Shown one piece after another: positions 28,183 to 41,543 of a stretch of DNA of 64,000 bases. Made by a program: the position numbers and the translations under genes. Under the pieces are notes generated by a model that saw only the letters and a list, made by a program, of their open reading frames with translations, did not search any database and was not told where the DNA came from. This DNA comes from Lytechinus pictus (Eukaryota): assembly GCF_037042905.1 (NCBI RefSeq), contig NC_087247.1, positions 6,572,001 to 6,636,000 of the forward strand, given 5' to 3'. Each line of letters opens with the position of its first letter. Positions within the stretch are counted from its first letter, which is position 1.

Positions 28183-28940
28183 ATTTGGGCGTAATTTTTG
28201 ACAAGTCTTTGAACATGGATGCACATATTTCGTCTACCTGCAAAAAGTGCTTTCTATCACTTGCGAAACATAGCGAAGATTTGCAGATTCTTCTCTGAAC
28301 CAGATGCTGCAAAAGTCATCCATGCCCTTGTCACGTCGCGAGTGGACTGCTGTAATGCCCTGCTTGCTGGTCTACCACATTCTTCGGCCTCAAGACTACA
28401 AAGAATACTCAACAACGCTGCCCGAGTTCTTAAAGGAGTGGGCAAATACAAACATATTACTCCAACCCTAAAAGAACTCCACTGGCTTCCTGTGTCGAGA
28501 AGAATTGAATACAAGATCCTGACATTAGTGTTCAAAGCTCTTCACGATGCAGCACCTACTTACATCAAGGATCTCCTTGTCGTGAAGCAGTGCCACTATT
28601 CTTTACGATCCTCCACATCTACCACCCTTGTGATTCCGCGTAGCAGGACCAAGCATTATGGAGATCGGGCTTTTAGCTATGTGGCCCCAGTTATGTGGAA
28701 TAGACTGCCAAGTACTATCAGGAATATGAACACTCTGAAGACATTCCAATCAAGTGTCAAATATTACCTATTTTTACAATCATATTAGTGAAGGCCATGT
28801 CTTTTCCTCATATGAATGTTATGTTTGATGATTTTAATTGTGATTATTTCCAATGTTTTTGTTTATTTAATATGTAGCGCCTTGAGTAATGATCCATTAG
28901 AAAGTGCGCATTAGAAATACTTATTATTATTATTATTATA
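28183..28940 (+). mobile_element. 5'-truncated L2-type LINE 3' end
   Basis: LGVIFD..., LHWLPV and YGDRAFS motifs with a (TAT)n tail. Confidence 0.85.
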
Positions 28941-30029
28941 TCACAGAAGAGGTCTTATACCCTGAAAGATTTCACTGGACATAACTTTTTATAAAGTACA
29001 TGTATCACATTGACTCTTTTCAGTGTGCGATTCAACAACCAATGACTTTTTTATCAGAGTTTGTAAAGTTCTTCTACTTTTAATAGGGGAATTTGAGAAG
29101 ACATTGACACCTTCCCAATTGCTCAAAAACATACAGACATGTGAACTGTATACCAACATTAAAAAGGGAAGAAGCATCATTACAAATATGGTGGATTCTG
29201 AAAGAGATGAGAAACATCTTAAGAAATAAAGACCTGTCACTTTGAAGAAATCACATCAATTTCAGAATCATCATAGAAAGATTTATAAAAATAAATAATA
29301 GGATTAATCTTCACACTTTAATGAATTCATACAACTTCAAAGAGATTCAAACAAAAGGGAAAATCATCAAGAATTTGCTGTTTTTATAGTACACACAAAA
29401 TATGTGTTTTCTATGGCAAAAAAAATTGCATCAGACGTTACCAATTTTACTTTTGTCTGAAAAGTGACATCCCTAAAATTGTGTTCATTGCTTTAAAAAA
29501 TATATTCCTAATACATGTACTACTAGTTACTAGTATATAATAGGCCTAATCGTATAAGCAATTTAATTCTGATTTTGACTCTTACAGGTGTCCTCTCAAA
29601 CAGTACAAAATACTCAGGAAAGAACCTCATCAGAGCCGGTGCTCTTGGAGGTCCAGAGTCTAGTCGATTTGATCAGTCCAAACTGTTGGCCTCAACTTCA
29701 AGAAAACACACTATCAGTACCACATACAACAAGAGGAAGATGAAGACCAAAAGAGAGCTTATTCCACACTTTGTTAAGTTAATGTCTTCAAAAGGATTGT
29801 TCTCTGTGAAAGCGGGAAGGTCTCACAAGGCGTTTCCAAACTTCAAGCGAACGCAACCTCTTGAACGCTTGGGGAAGCTAAAGTCAAGTTTAATGGAAGC
29901 CTCCGTGAAATTAGACTGGGAACGGCCAGACATTCAACTAGAGGAACAGGTAAAAGAATACTTATTGACCAAGTATTAAAGGGAGTAGAAAAATCATCAC
30001 CATAAAGAGTAGAAAAATCATCACCATAA

Positions 30030-33000
30030 AATGTGGATGAAAATTATATGGCATTATATGTTGAAACTCAATGAATACATGTGCTGATTGGGAGTCAAAT
30101 GTCATCGTTAAAAGATTTTATTTTGCCTGTGAGACTGCATTTTGCTTTCCTTCATGACAATTTATGAATACTCCAAAGGACAGGCGAGAACACGTTTACT
30201 AAGCTACATTTCGAAAGATTCGAATGAAGTCTTTATGTTAAGCAGTCATGCTCTATACATCTTGATATTTCTTTTCCATATCATATGTGTTAAATGTGAT
30301 AAACATGCATATAAAGATTTTCTGATGGAACAGGTTGCTGAGGTTAGTTTATATATAGGTTCCAAACAATTGTCTCCAATATTTTTTCATGGATACATTT
30401 GCTCATTGCAGTTAGTATGGTTACATGTAAGTCAGGATCAATATTATATCCAATTGTGGCTATTACAAGCAGCAACAACAGAGATATCTCAATACTATCT
30501 CTTTAATTTATACTTCCAAACAATATTGATTCATGATATTAAATGTTTTTATTTCAAAGGAATGGATAGTAATACATGTACTCTAATTATTCATTTATAC
30601 CTGGAATACAGTAGCTTAGTACAAATTTACTTTACAAGTCAGGTTTCAGAAGGTCAATGTTTTGTTCAATATTTGGAGTTAAAAGCAAGGAAGATTGAGA
30701 AATCTCACATCTGCCATTTCAGATATTTTTTAAAGTCATGGTTCCAAGTAATGTTGATATTACTCTTTCAGAGTCAGGGTTCAAAATCTCAATGTCATAT
30801 TCTATGCTCGGAATCAGAAACAAATATAATGGAGGAGTTTCAAAATTACTTTTCAAGGCTTTCATTGAAGTCATACCTTCAAGCAATATTCAAAGTTTTT
30901 CTTCAAAATGTGAATTTTTTTATATTTTGAAAGGATTGAGAGTAACCTTTTATTAGAAAATGTATACTTAAAAAGGTATGCTTGTGAAATTAAAACCAGA
31001 ACAATATATTTTTCTAAGTTGTACGGAAGTTCTAGTATTTACAATTGGAATACGTGTATCCCTACATTATGTGATGAAGTTTAGCTGTAGCCATTTCCAA
31101 TGCACTGGTATGCCTGCCTGGTTGTTGAACATTAAAGCTGCCTTTGTTATGCAAAGTCCTTGTGAAATTGACATTCTGAAATATTTGGAGCCGCGAAACA
31201 TCTGTGTTAACTTGCCTTGCTCCCTTACTCAATTCAAAATGAATCAAATGAATTATCCAACCACTCTCTTTTATGATAGATTTTGTATGGGTGTCTTCAT
31301 AATGTTGTTGTCATTTGTTGACTGTAGCTATTTACGAGTGATTCTATGACTGTGAAAGTATTATCTTTTAACTGCCGTGGACTAGGAAATGCTACGAAAC
31401 GAAGAGATATCCTTGCATATATAAAATCTAAAGGAGCACAGATATATTGTTTACAAGATACTCATTTTGTTCCTGAAATATGTCTTTCAGTGAAGAGGGA
31501 GTGGTTGGGTAAATGTTATTTTTCCTGTAACAATTCTCGCTCGAGAGGAGTAGCTGTTATGTTTGACAAAAATTTTGTTGTAGAAGTAAAAAAGGAAAAA
31601 ATAGATGAGAAAGGTAATTTTATTATACTGAGTCTTTGTATTGGAACGTTGCAAGTAACATTAATTTCATTATATGGTCCAAATGACGATACTCCTGGTT
31701 TTTTTGATGATCTAAAAAGATATACCATTGAGTTTGATGACCCGCACATAATATTTTGTGGGGATTGGAATCTGGTGCAAGATTTTGATCTGGATACAAA
31801 GAAGCAAGGAAGAAGGTGATAGAATTGAAAAATGATTTGGATTTGGTAGACGTTTGGCGTGAACATAATGTAGGGATTCGAAGTTATACATGGAGACAGC
31901 CTACTCCATTAAAACAGAGTAGGCTTGATTATTTTTTGGTTTCCTCAGATCTCTTTTCTTTAATCACAAAAACAGAACATTTGTTTGGATATAAATCTGA
32001 TCATTCTATAATCAGCTTAGAATTTGAATTAGATAAGTACCAAAAATGTTTTACTTATTGGAAATTTAACAATGTTTTGTTGAAAGATGAGGAATATGTG
32101 GACGTTATTAAAAGAAAGATAAGAGAAGTAGTATTACAATATGCAGACGAAGAATCTATACAAGGTAAAGAATATGAAGAGATGAGAAAGGAAGATATCT
32201 TGTTTTCTATCAATGAACAGTTGTTTTTTAATACTCTTTTCATGGAGTCGAGAAGTTCTACTATTCTATATTCGGTGAGAAGAAAAAGAGAGAATAAGGA
32301 AGAAAAAAACAAGATTGAGAAGGAAATTTTTAAATTAGAAACCAATATGATATCAGAGGAAAGAACTTCAACTATTGAAAAGATACGTATTTTGAAAGAA
32401 CAATTAGAAAGCATTATTGAAAATGAGCAGCAAAATTCGATTAAGTATAACAGGATACAAGAAATGCAATTTGGAGAAAAGCCTTCAAAATATTTTTTGA
32501 ATTTAGAAAAACAGAGATCAGTGGAAAAGACAATTATAAGATTGATCGATAAAAACAACTGTTTAATTGATCAACAAGAAGATATTTTACAAGAAGTATA
32601 TCTTTATTTTAAGGATTTGTATACATTTCAACCAGCAGTATCAGAGGCCGAAAGATTGTTTGCTATGATTCCTTTGAATAAAGTAAGGATATTTACACCA
32701 CAAGAAAGTGAGGTTTTAGAAGGGGATATACGTTATTCAGAAATACTTGATGCAGTTAAACAGATTAAAATTGGTAAATCGCCCGGTCAAGACGGCTTTA
32801 CAGCAGAATTTTTAAAGTATTTTATTAATGATATAGGAATTTATTTGTGGCGAAGTGTCAAAAATGCTTATTTGACTGGTGAATTATCTCCTTCACAAAA
32901 CTTAGGTATTATAACTTTAATTCCTAAAGGTAATAAGCCCCGTCGTTTTATTAAAAATTGGAGACCGATATCTCTTCTTAATGTTGTATACAAAATTTTA

Positions 33001-33154
33001 TCTACATGTCTTGCAAATAGGTTACGAAAGGTATTATCAGTAGTCATTCACACAGATCAGAAAGGATTTTTACCTGGTCGTTTTATTGGGGAAAATATTA
33101 GAATAATATACGATATCATTGCTTTAGCGGAAAAGCAAAATTTACCTTGTACTT
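30030..33154 (+). mobile_element. Tx1/L1-like LINE fragment (APE endonuclease and start of RT), 3'-truncated
   Basis: 31346: SFNCRGL, LQDTH, SRGVA, YGPN, GDWN. Then SRLDYF, SDH, WKFN, GEKPSKYF, KSPGQDG, NWRPISLLN and DQKGF. Frame break near 31800. The upstream ~1.3 kb is assigned tentatively. Confidence 0.85.
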
Positions 33155-35131
33155 AGTAGTTGCAAGAAGCACTGATTTCATGAGAAAGTCTGTAAACCAT
33201 TGTCATAACATTATCCAAGAGATATATAAGGACACATAAATTGAACTTTGTGAAATCATTCAATCTAAGATTCAAATCAAGCACATTACACAATCAATCA
33301 TTCAAGAATCCTTTTGGCACATATTTTCTCCATACAAAGACACTTCATCATTTAACTGGAATCGGTATGAGATTTTACCACAACTGGAATTTGTGTGTAC
33401 AACTGCAACTCTTTATGTAACAGTTACCTCATCATGGATTTGTATGGACATATTTTACTAGTGCTGTGTCATCAACGTTCAATCCAATAATCAAAATCCT
33501 TGGGGGAACAATAATTATGTTTAGAGGTATGTACAGCTGAGATGTGAAATAACCAAAAATTCTGATATTGAAGAACATTTCAGAATTCAACAGTACCTTT
33601 CTAAAAATATATAGAATATCACTCTTTATTACACTAGATGTAGAACTACTAAAGGAAAAGGAGTTTAACATGTATCTCAATAAATCCCTCCTTTATACTC
33701 ATATTTCATGTACAGACCCTGATTGGAAATGTCCAGTATGTACAAACGACACGCCAGAAGCAAGACGAGATGGAATATTACAGTATTCCTTGTGTGTTAT
33801 ATGGGAGGGTCTGCAAGACCTTGTTAGAAGAGACGCCATCAGGCACAATGATGGGCCACAAATGTTGGCATTCTGGCGAATAGACATGGGTCAGTTCTGG
33901 TCTGCTGGCCATAAGAATTACCTGCTCATGGGCCACAGATTACTCACAAGTAAGTTACATAAAAAAATGTTTTGTAGTGTGCACAATAAATAATGTGCAT
34001 GCTTTTTTATGCTTATAATATTTAGAACACATCTTCAATCAAGCTTATTCCAGAGAACTAATTCCACAAAATAGACCCTACAGGTGCATTTATATTTGAG
34101 CATACATGTCAAACATTATCTTTTAATTTAAGCTCTTAAAAACTAGAATTATCACTGAAAGTGACTTCACCAGCCCACCTTCAATTGGCAGGGGTATGAA
34201 ATACATGTACTTGTATGCTGCGTTCACAAAAAGAACAAACTCATCTATTCCCAGCCAGTTTACTATATCTGCTAAACGGACTGGGACAAATTAACGAGTG
34301 TTGGTGTCTTTCTATCTATGTGATCTGAAGCCAAAGGCCATGGATTATGCACGTTATCTCTCTTACTTTTCTTTATTTAACTCATAAGAAAGGTGTTTAT
34401 ATCTACTGAAATTTGTACAGAGACCACCTCATATAAGTTAAAGATGAAACATATTAAAAAAAAAAAGAATCTGATGGGTTCAAAGTAAAGAAATGTTTAG
34501 ATTTTGGATTTCTATGAAATTATCTGAAAAGACATACACTTCTCATGCACTTTCATTTTTCAAAGGTATGGCAGGCTGGGAGAAGGCCAGAATTAGACAC
34601 GACCTTCAATGGAACCGAACTGCGAATCTCCAAGGGATCAAGGGAAAGTGTCTCCCACTTGACAGAGTGTGCGAAATCCTTAACAAATCATCGAAAGGTA
34701 TGTAATACACATATACATTTTGGTAATGTTCCCCGACTGAGGAACTACATGTACATGTACTACCACATTTTCTTTTCAGATATTTGTAAATAATCACATA
34801 TACTGACCATATCAATTCAACATATATCATGACTGAAGACAGCCCCTGACTGTACACCTGCAACAGACTTTCATAGAAGCCAGCGTAGGAAGTACATGAG
34901 GCTGACGGGTGATTTTGCACTCATGACAGCCCAATAGCCCCTGAAATTCCCCCAAGATGCATGCTTTGGTGAGACCATTCTTTCTAGAGTCACTCCAAGA
35001 TCCATTCCAAACAATATTCAAGATTTAGACAAATCAATAATCTAACTGCGGCAGAAGAATATCTGTTTTTATTGCACAATTTTCACTCCTAAAGGTAACC
35101 CTTCAAAAGAAAGAAATAGCACTCCCCCCCC

Positions 35132-35163
<32 letters not shown>

Positions 35164-37133
35164 GAAATCACCCTGTGTGGAAAAGAAAAATGGCCCTTTC
35201 AAAGTAATTATTATTTCCTACCATAAAAGAAGGTCATGCTGAAAACACCAAACTTCCTCATCATTTTATGGCTCTTTAATCCAGTTTATTTTATGTGATA
35301 TACATTTTAAAATTTCAACATTTGCTACAATGACAGGCAATTTGGCAAGATCAATGACACCAAATTTAATGAAAATACATGAATTTAGTATGGGACAATG
35401 GGTCCATTGTACAAAGTAGTGCTCTCTTTCTATACCTTTCATTAATATTAAACATGTATATTTGGGCGTAATTTTTGACAAGTCTTTGAACATGTATGCA
35501 CATATTTCGTCTACCTGCAAAAGTGCTTTCTATCACTTGCGAAACATAGCAAAGATTTGCAGATTCCTCTCTGAACCAGATGCTGCAAAAGTCATCCATG
35601 CCCTTGTCACGTCGCGAGTGGACTGCTGTAATGCCCTGCTTGCTGGTCTACCACATTCTACAAAGAATACTCAACAACGCTGCCCGAGTTCTTAAAGGAG
35701 TGGGCAAATACGAACATATTACTCCAACCCTAAAAGAACTCCACTGGCTTCCTGTGTCGAGAAGAATTGAATACAAGATCCTGACATTAGTGTTCAAAGC
35801 TCTTCACGATGCAGCACCTACTTACATCAAGGATCTCCTTGTCGTGAAGCAGTGCCACTATTCTTTACGATCCTCCACATCTACCACCCTTGTGATTCCG
35901 CGTAGCAGGACCAAGCATTATGGAGATCGGGCTTTTAGCTATGTGGCCCCAGTTATGTGGAATAGACTGCCAAGTACTATCAGGAATATGAACACTCTGA
36001 AGACATACCAATCAAGTGTCAAATATTACCTATTTTTACAATCATATTAGTGAAGGCCATGTCTTTTCCTCATATGAATGTTATGTTTGATGATTTTAAT
36101 TGTGATTATTTCCAATGTTTTTGTTTATTTAATATGTAGCGCCTTGAGTAATGATCCATTAGAAAGTGCGCTTTAGAAATACTTATTATTATTATTATTA
36201 TATCACAGAAGAGGTCTTATACCCTGAAAGATTTCACTGGACATAACTTTTTATAAAGTACATGTATCACATTGACTCTTTCCAGTGTGCGATTCAACAA
36301 CCAATGACTTTTTTTATCAGAGTTTGTAAAGTTCTTCTACAAAGTCTCAGAATTCATGCAGTGCGTGTTTTAATAGGGGAATTTGAGAAGACATTGACAC
36401 CTTCCCAATTGCTCAAAAACATACAGACATGTGAACTGTATACCAACATTAAAAAGGGAAGAAGCATCATTACCAATATGGTGGAATCTGAAAGAGATGA
36501 GAAACATCTTAAGAAATAAAGACCTGTCACTTTGAAGAAATCACATCAATTTCAGAATCATCATAGAAAGATTTATAAAAATAAATCATAGGATTAATCT
36601 TCACACTTTAATGAATTCTTCAAAGAGATTCAAACAAAAGGGAAAATCATCAAGAATTTGCTGTTTTTATAGTACACACAAAATATGTGTTTTCTATGGC
36701 AAAAAAAATTGCATCAGACGTTACCAATTTTACTTTTGTCTGAAAAGTGACATCCCTAAAATTGTGTTCATTGCTTTAAAAAATATATTCCTAATACATG
36801 TACTACTAGTTACTAGTATATAATAGGCCTAATCATATAAGCAATTTAATTCTGATTTTGACTCTTACAGGTGTCCTCTCAAACAGTACAAAATACTCAG
36901 GAAAGAACCTCATCAGAGCCGGTGCTCTTGGAGGTCCAGAGTCTAGTCGATTTGATCAGTCCAAACTGTTGGCCTCAACTTCAAGAAAACACACTATCAG
37001 TACCACATACAACAAGAGGAAGATGAAGACCAAAAGAGAGCTTATTCCACACTTTGTTAAGTTAATGTCTTCAAAAGGATTGTTCTCTGTGAAAGCGGGA
37101 AGGTCTCACAAGGCGTTTCCAAACTTCAAGCGA
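33155..37133 (+). repeat. Segmental duplicate of ~24342-29850 (three transposase exons: 33716-33949, 34566-34697, 36871-37133)
   Basis: Near-identical sequence including introns and the L2 fragment (35460-36200). It lacks the 25131-26700 LINE. Confidence 0.95.
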
Positions 37134-37158
37134 AGTTTGGAAACGCCTTTTTATTACA

Positions 37159-37386
37159 GAGAGTGCTGCCTCTATCTCATTCAGGCCAATCAACATCAGC
37201 CCCCCATAACCCACCACGGATGACAATTTTGAAGATGACACACTGCTATCAGCCTCGGGTTCAGATGCCTCTGGCTCAGAGGATTCAGACACCAACACCA
37301 TGACCACTCTGCCATATCTGGATCTAAATCATTTAGATGACTGTGACTCAAGGTCTGATTCAGAATCTCACTCCGATTCTCACTAG
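37159..37386 (+). pseudogene. Probable terminal exon with acidic/Ser-rich tail; partly duplicated at ~38900-39040
   Basis: TTTATTACAG acceptor, then SAASISFRPINISPP*PTTDDNFEDDTLLSASGSDASGSEDSD...DSESHSDSH*, with one in-frame stop. Confidence 0.45.
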
Positions 37387-37473
37387 ATGTCACGTTGAAA
37401 ATGCAATATCTTTGATTTAAATGACTAAAATCTATTAATTACTTTTACAAAAAAGTGTAAGTTGAATCAAAGT

Positions 37474-37515
<42 letters not shown>

Positions 37516-40329
37516 AAGTTATCTATTGAGTGTGCCATTGACGGTGAGGAGTTATTCAGCTGTGCAAGACATAACTGTCTTGGCCTAGCATTGTGTCTCT
37601 TGAATAGGAGGCATAGCAATACACCTAATTGGATGTTATACATTGTATGTGGATTGCCAGTGTACAGAGAGTGGACACACCTCAACTTGAACGCCATGAG
37701 GAAAGGAGAGTTGGTTCTGGCTGCTCTGAAAACGCAGTTGAAGATAATTTGTATTTTTTGAACTTGCTATTATTATGCAAGAACAACTAATTTTTCTAAT
37801 CCAAGGGCAGAAGAGTTAGCCTGTTACATCAGTGTAAACTTAACAATTTTTCAAGCCTGTGAAACTCAAGCCATCGGTAAGCGAATGGCACTTTTGTAAT
37901 TCAGCTACTATAATTAAGTTAGTTTCAAATGCTTTAAAGAACTTGTGTTAAACCAGGATAGAATAGTGTATTTGATTTGTAACAATTCAAACTTGAAATG
38001 TATTAAAATAAGCAAATGCTTTGTTTTGTTAAAGACAATTAAGACATGTAAGTAATTGTTAACTGAATATGAAGTTATGTATGTCAATTATATTCTCCAC
38101 ATGTATAAAATAAATGAATGCATACTAGAGAATATGTTATGTGCATTCTCAAAATGTAGATGGCACGTGATGTTGGGACTTAGGACGAAATACATAATCT
38201 GGATGACTGAGTTGGCGGTTTGAACTACATCAAAGTCAAGTCACCCGCACGGCAGTTCCAAACCTTCGATTTAAAGGCAGACTGTCATCAATCGTTGAAC
38301 TAGTGAGCTGTATCAAAGCCAGATAATGCTTGAAATGAAACTGTTATACAGAGAAAAGATGTCAATTTTATGAAGAAAACCTGAACTGAGACGTTATAAC
38401 TCTTCGATTGTCAGTTAAGACAATGTTTTTAATAAATTTTTTTCGTCGATGCTTTCATTGTTGAAGGGCGAGTGGCCCAGGCCAGAAGGCCTATATATTC
38501 GAGTTCGTGCACTGAACAAATTGTAGAAGTTGATTGTAGAAGTTGATTGTAGGAGTTAAAACTCGACACAGTTCTGGTGTCCGTTTCAACTCGTTTATTG
38601 ACCGGTGTAGAGAGCTTATAATATTCGAATTGAGAGTTGACTGACAGTATAGGATGGTATGAGAAATACTAAATACTAAAGTGATATCTAAACAGTCCTA
38701 TAGGTACAAGAATTATATGCCAAGTGGTGAAGGATAGATAGGCTAATTCAGGGCCTAATCCCATCATTGTTGGAGTGAGGTATATGTATGGATAGTGAGA
38801 CAATATATTCACTTAATGCTAATTGTGCTAAATAAACACTGATGATTGTTCTTTATGCTAAATGGCATGTGTTGAATCTCTATCATTTGAGTCTCCATGT
38901 GACACACACTGCTATCAGCCTCGGGTTCAGAGGATTCAGAGACACCAACACCATGACCACTCTGCCATATCTGGATCTAAATCATTTACATGACTGTGAC
39001 TCAAGGTCTGATTCAGAATCTCACTCCGATTCTCACTAGATGACAGCAAGAATTTCAATGCATAAACTTTCTCTTCACTGAATTATCTGACTGGGCCGGG
39101 GGTATAGGCCTTGCCTATAAATGTGGTGTCTCCAACAAGATGCTAAATGCTTCATAAAGAGTCTATAGCAAGTGCAGGCATTGACATCAGGAAATTTCAT
39201 AATTATAGAACTCTGCATGTAGTTTCCTGATTAGAATAAGGACATGATTGCATTTTAGTTGACTCAAACCAATCAATCAAGTGATAGGCCCAAATAGACC
39301 TCCCAGGCCGAGATCTAACGTTAGGCATACAAAGATTGACACAAGAACATGACAACCTTTAGTCATGTCTACACTACTACTACTACTAGTCCTGTCAATA
39401 TCCATAATCCAGTCAGACTCTTTGAGTCTTGGTCGAAGACAGATTGATAAATTTATAGACCCCTATTGCCCTACGACTACTTTTTGACTTCCAATCTTGT
39501 ACTTGGCCTACTAGTACTATAGTCATGGTACTGTAATCTAGACTAGATTAGAATCTGGGCCCTAAACATTCCAATTCAAAACTAAAAGGCCTTACATTGT
39601 AGTTCGATTCTAACATAATCTGCTACCTGGTTCTGAATCTAAACCCTAGTCTAGACTATGTCAGACTATCACTCAGTATCACTACAGGGTTCTACACAGT
39701 TTCTTTCAGACTAAGTTACATGTAGACCTATCTTGCATAGATCTATATGATTATCATCTAGGACTAGGGCCAGACTAATCTAAAATTATGCTAACGTTGC
39801 CATAGCATTGAGCCTACTCACCGAAACTTAGTTGGTGTCCTAAGTCCAAACCTCGAAACGAAGCAAAAGCAAGGTCCAGAACAGGGATGCTAACATGAAC
39901 TAGATGCTAAGCCTAGGCCCTAGGCTACATGTACATAACTCCACTCCTCTCTCTAGCCATTGACATTCACAGTCATTAAAGTTAAACCGTCCATGTGGTG
40001 TCAGATCAGAATTCCTTCTGTAATACGGAAGTCCTGTAATGTAAATACAAAAAAAAAACATCCAGAGACATACCAGATCCAAAGATACATGCAAGCATAA
40101 CAGGAAAATTCCAAGTTCCAGTTAAACTACGGGGAAAAACTAACAAGTTAGTTAGGAAGACTGCACATAAATTGTGTGTACCGTACCGATCTTCAAGTTC
40201 TGGGGTCTGACTCCGGGCCAATCGCCTCCTGTTCCAAGTTACGTTAGATCTCCTCGCCCCAACTCCCTGCCTGGTTTGTGAGAGTCCGATTCTGACTCAT
40301 GTCACTCAGACAACGGCTCGATGTCAAAT

Positions 40330-40740
40330 AAATAATTTCATTTTTTTCATTTCGTTTATTTCCATTTTCAACAATTACAGTTTATTTTGTACATTTTAAC
40401 ATATAAATAACAAAACATATTTCAAGTATTCCTGTACAAAAATTATATTCAAGATTATTACATATCAGGTTGGAAATGGAGGAGGCTGCTAAAAAGCGGA
40501 GCTTGTAGAGTGCAGCCTCCTAATAAATATTCTTGTAGTTGCATAACATATAAAAATCAAAATAACAACTAGAGCATGAACCAGTTAAATTAAAAGGAAA
40601 TAGGGGAAATTAAAATAGAAAAGGAAATAAGAAAAAGAGAGATTAAAGGTCTCCAGAATCCAGCCCCAGCACTCACAGACAGACCTCGTTGATCAACAGG
40701 AAAACAAAAGAGATGGAAAAGCGTATGTGACATGATAATC
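40330..40740 (-). mobile_element. LINE 3' UTR remnant
   Basis: On the minus strand: T-rich UTR, a stem-loop (GGAGGCTGC...GCAGCCTCC), AATAAA and an AAATG-type tail. Confidence 0.45.
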
Positions 40741-41543
40741 ATGTTTGATTAAAAAAAAAAATAATGTTGAACAAGTGATCTAAATATTGATTACCGGTAC
40801 CTAGTTGAAAAATGATATACAATATCTGATCTATAGAATTATGCTGAACACCAATTGGTTTGAATTCGATTATAAAATAAGCTAGCTCTGATTGAATTGG
40901 GCAAATTCTGCGAATGAAACTCGATTGTCCACCATGCGGTCGCTCGCACATACTGTATGCAGCGCAGCGCAGGTACGTATATCATATCGGTATACGAGGC
41001 GACCTAAAGTACGTACTATATACATGTAGTACGATGGATATGTATGTGTGTGTGTGTGTGTTGATCATAGATCATGTGCGTAATCATCATCACCAGCTGA
41101 GTGTGTCTGCGCTGCTAAACCAACATGATTGCAGCAAATGGCGTTATTCCGTACGTGTAAACCTGTCAATACAAAGCGAAAGAAAATTACGGTACTGACC
41201 CTCGATCGACTAGCCGGGTTGATGGATTGATCCAATCGATCGTAACTCTATGAAAATCCATTAGTGTCATAATTTTTCTACAGGAAATTTGCAAAATGTC
41301 CTTTGTAAATGAAGGAGAACACACCAAATTGTCAAGAAATCAATAAAATCATGGATATACATCCCCGGGATACATTCATATCTAGAAATATCTGTTAAAC
41401 AAACATGCATCTTACATGTTGACTTTCCATAGTTCCGATTGATTGGATCAATCACAACTCTTTGTAAGACTAGACAGGGCCCAGGTCTTGTTATATAGGG
41501 GTTTTATGCCAAAATGGTAGGTAGTTCCCGGAGGGCATAATGC

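Larger units (their letters stand above)
15780..29979 (+). pseudogene. Spliced Academ(H/HP)-like DDE transposase (DUF6589-like) with two embedded PHD fingers; frameshifted, 5' part not found
   Basis: Phase-consistent exons 15780-16113, 17291-17542, 21908-22102, 23173-23377, 23902-24168, 24882-25115, 27296-27427 and 29588-29949/29979 give ~660 aa. Motifs: FRITYDN, LHSDGG, DRLDGLIPTAQEFH, PGTL, DAIRHN(D)G, HKNY, WNRTANLQG..GKCLPLD..CE, GRSHKAFPNF. One A appears missing from the run at 15807-15812. Confidence 0.8.

Noticed and set aside
30142-30930. 262-aa ORF upstream of the Tx1-like ORF2
   Set aside because: No ATG start and no recognisable ORF1 or other motifs; composition looks like AT-rich spacer DNA.
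32055-32558. 167-aa minus-strand ORF (and similar antisense ORFs at 18099-18749 and 60144-60632)
   Set aside because: Antisense shadows of retroelement coding regions.
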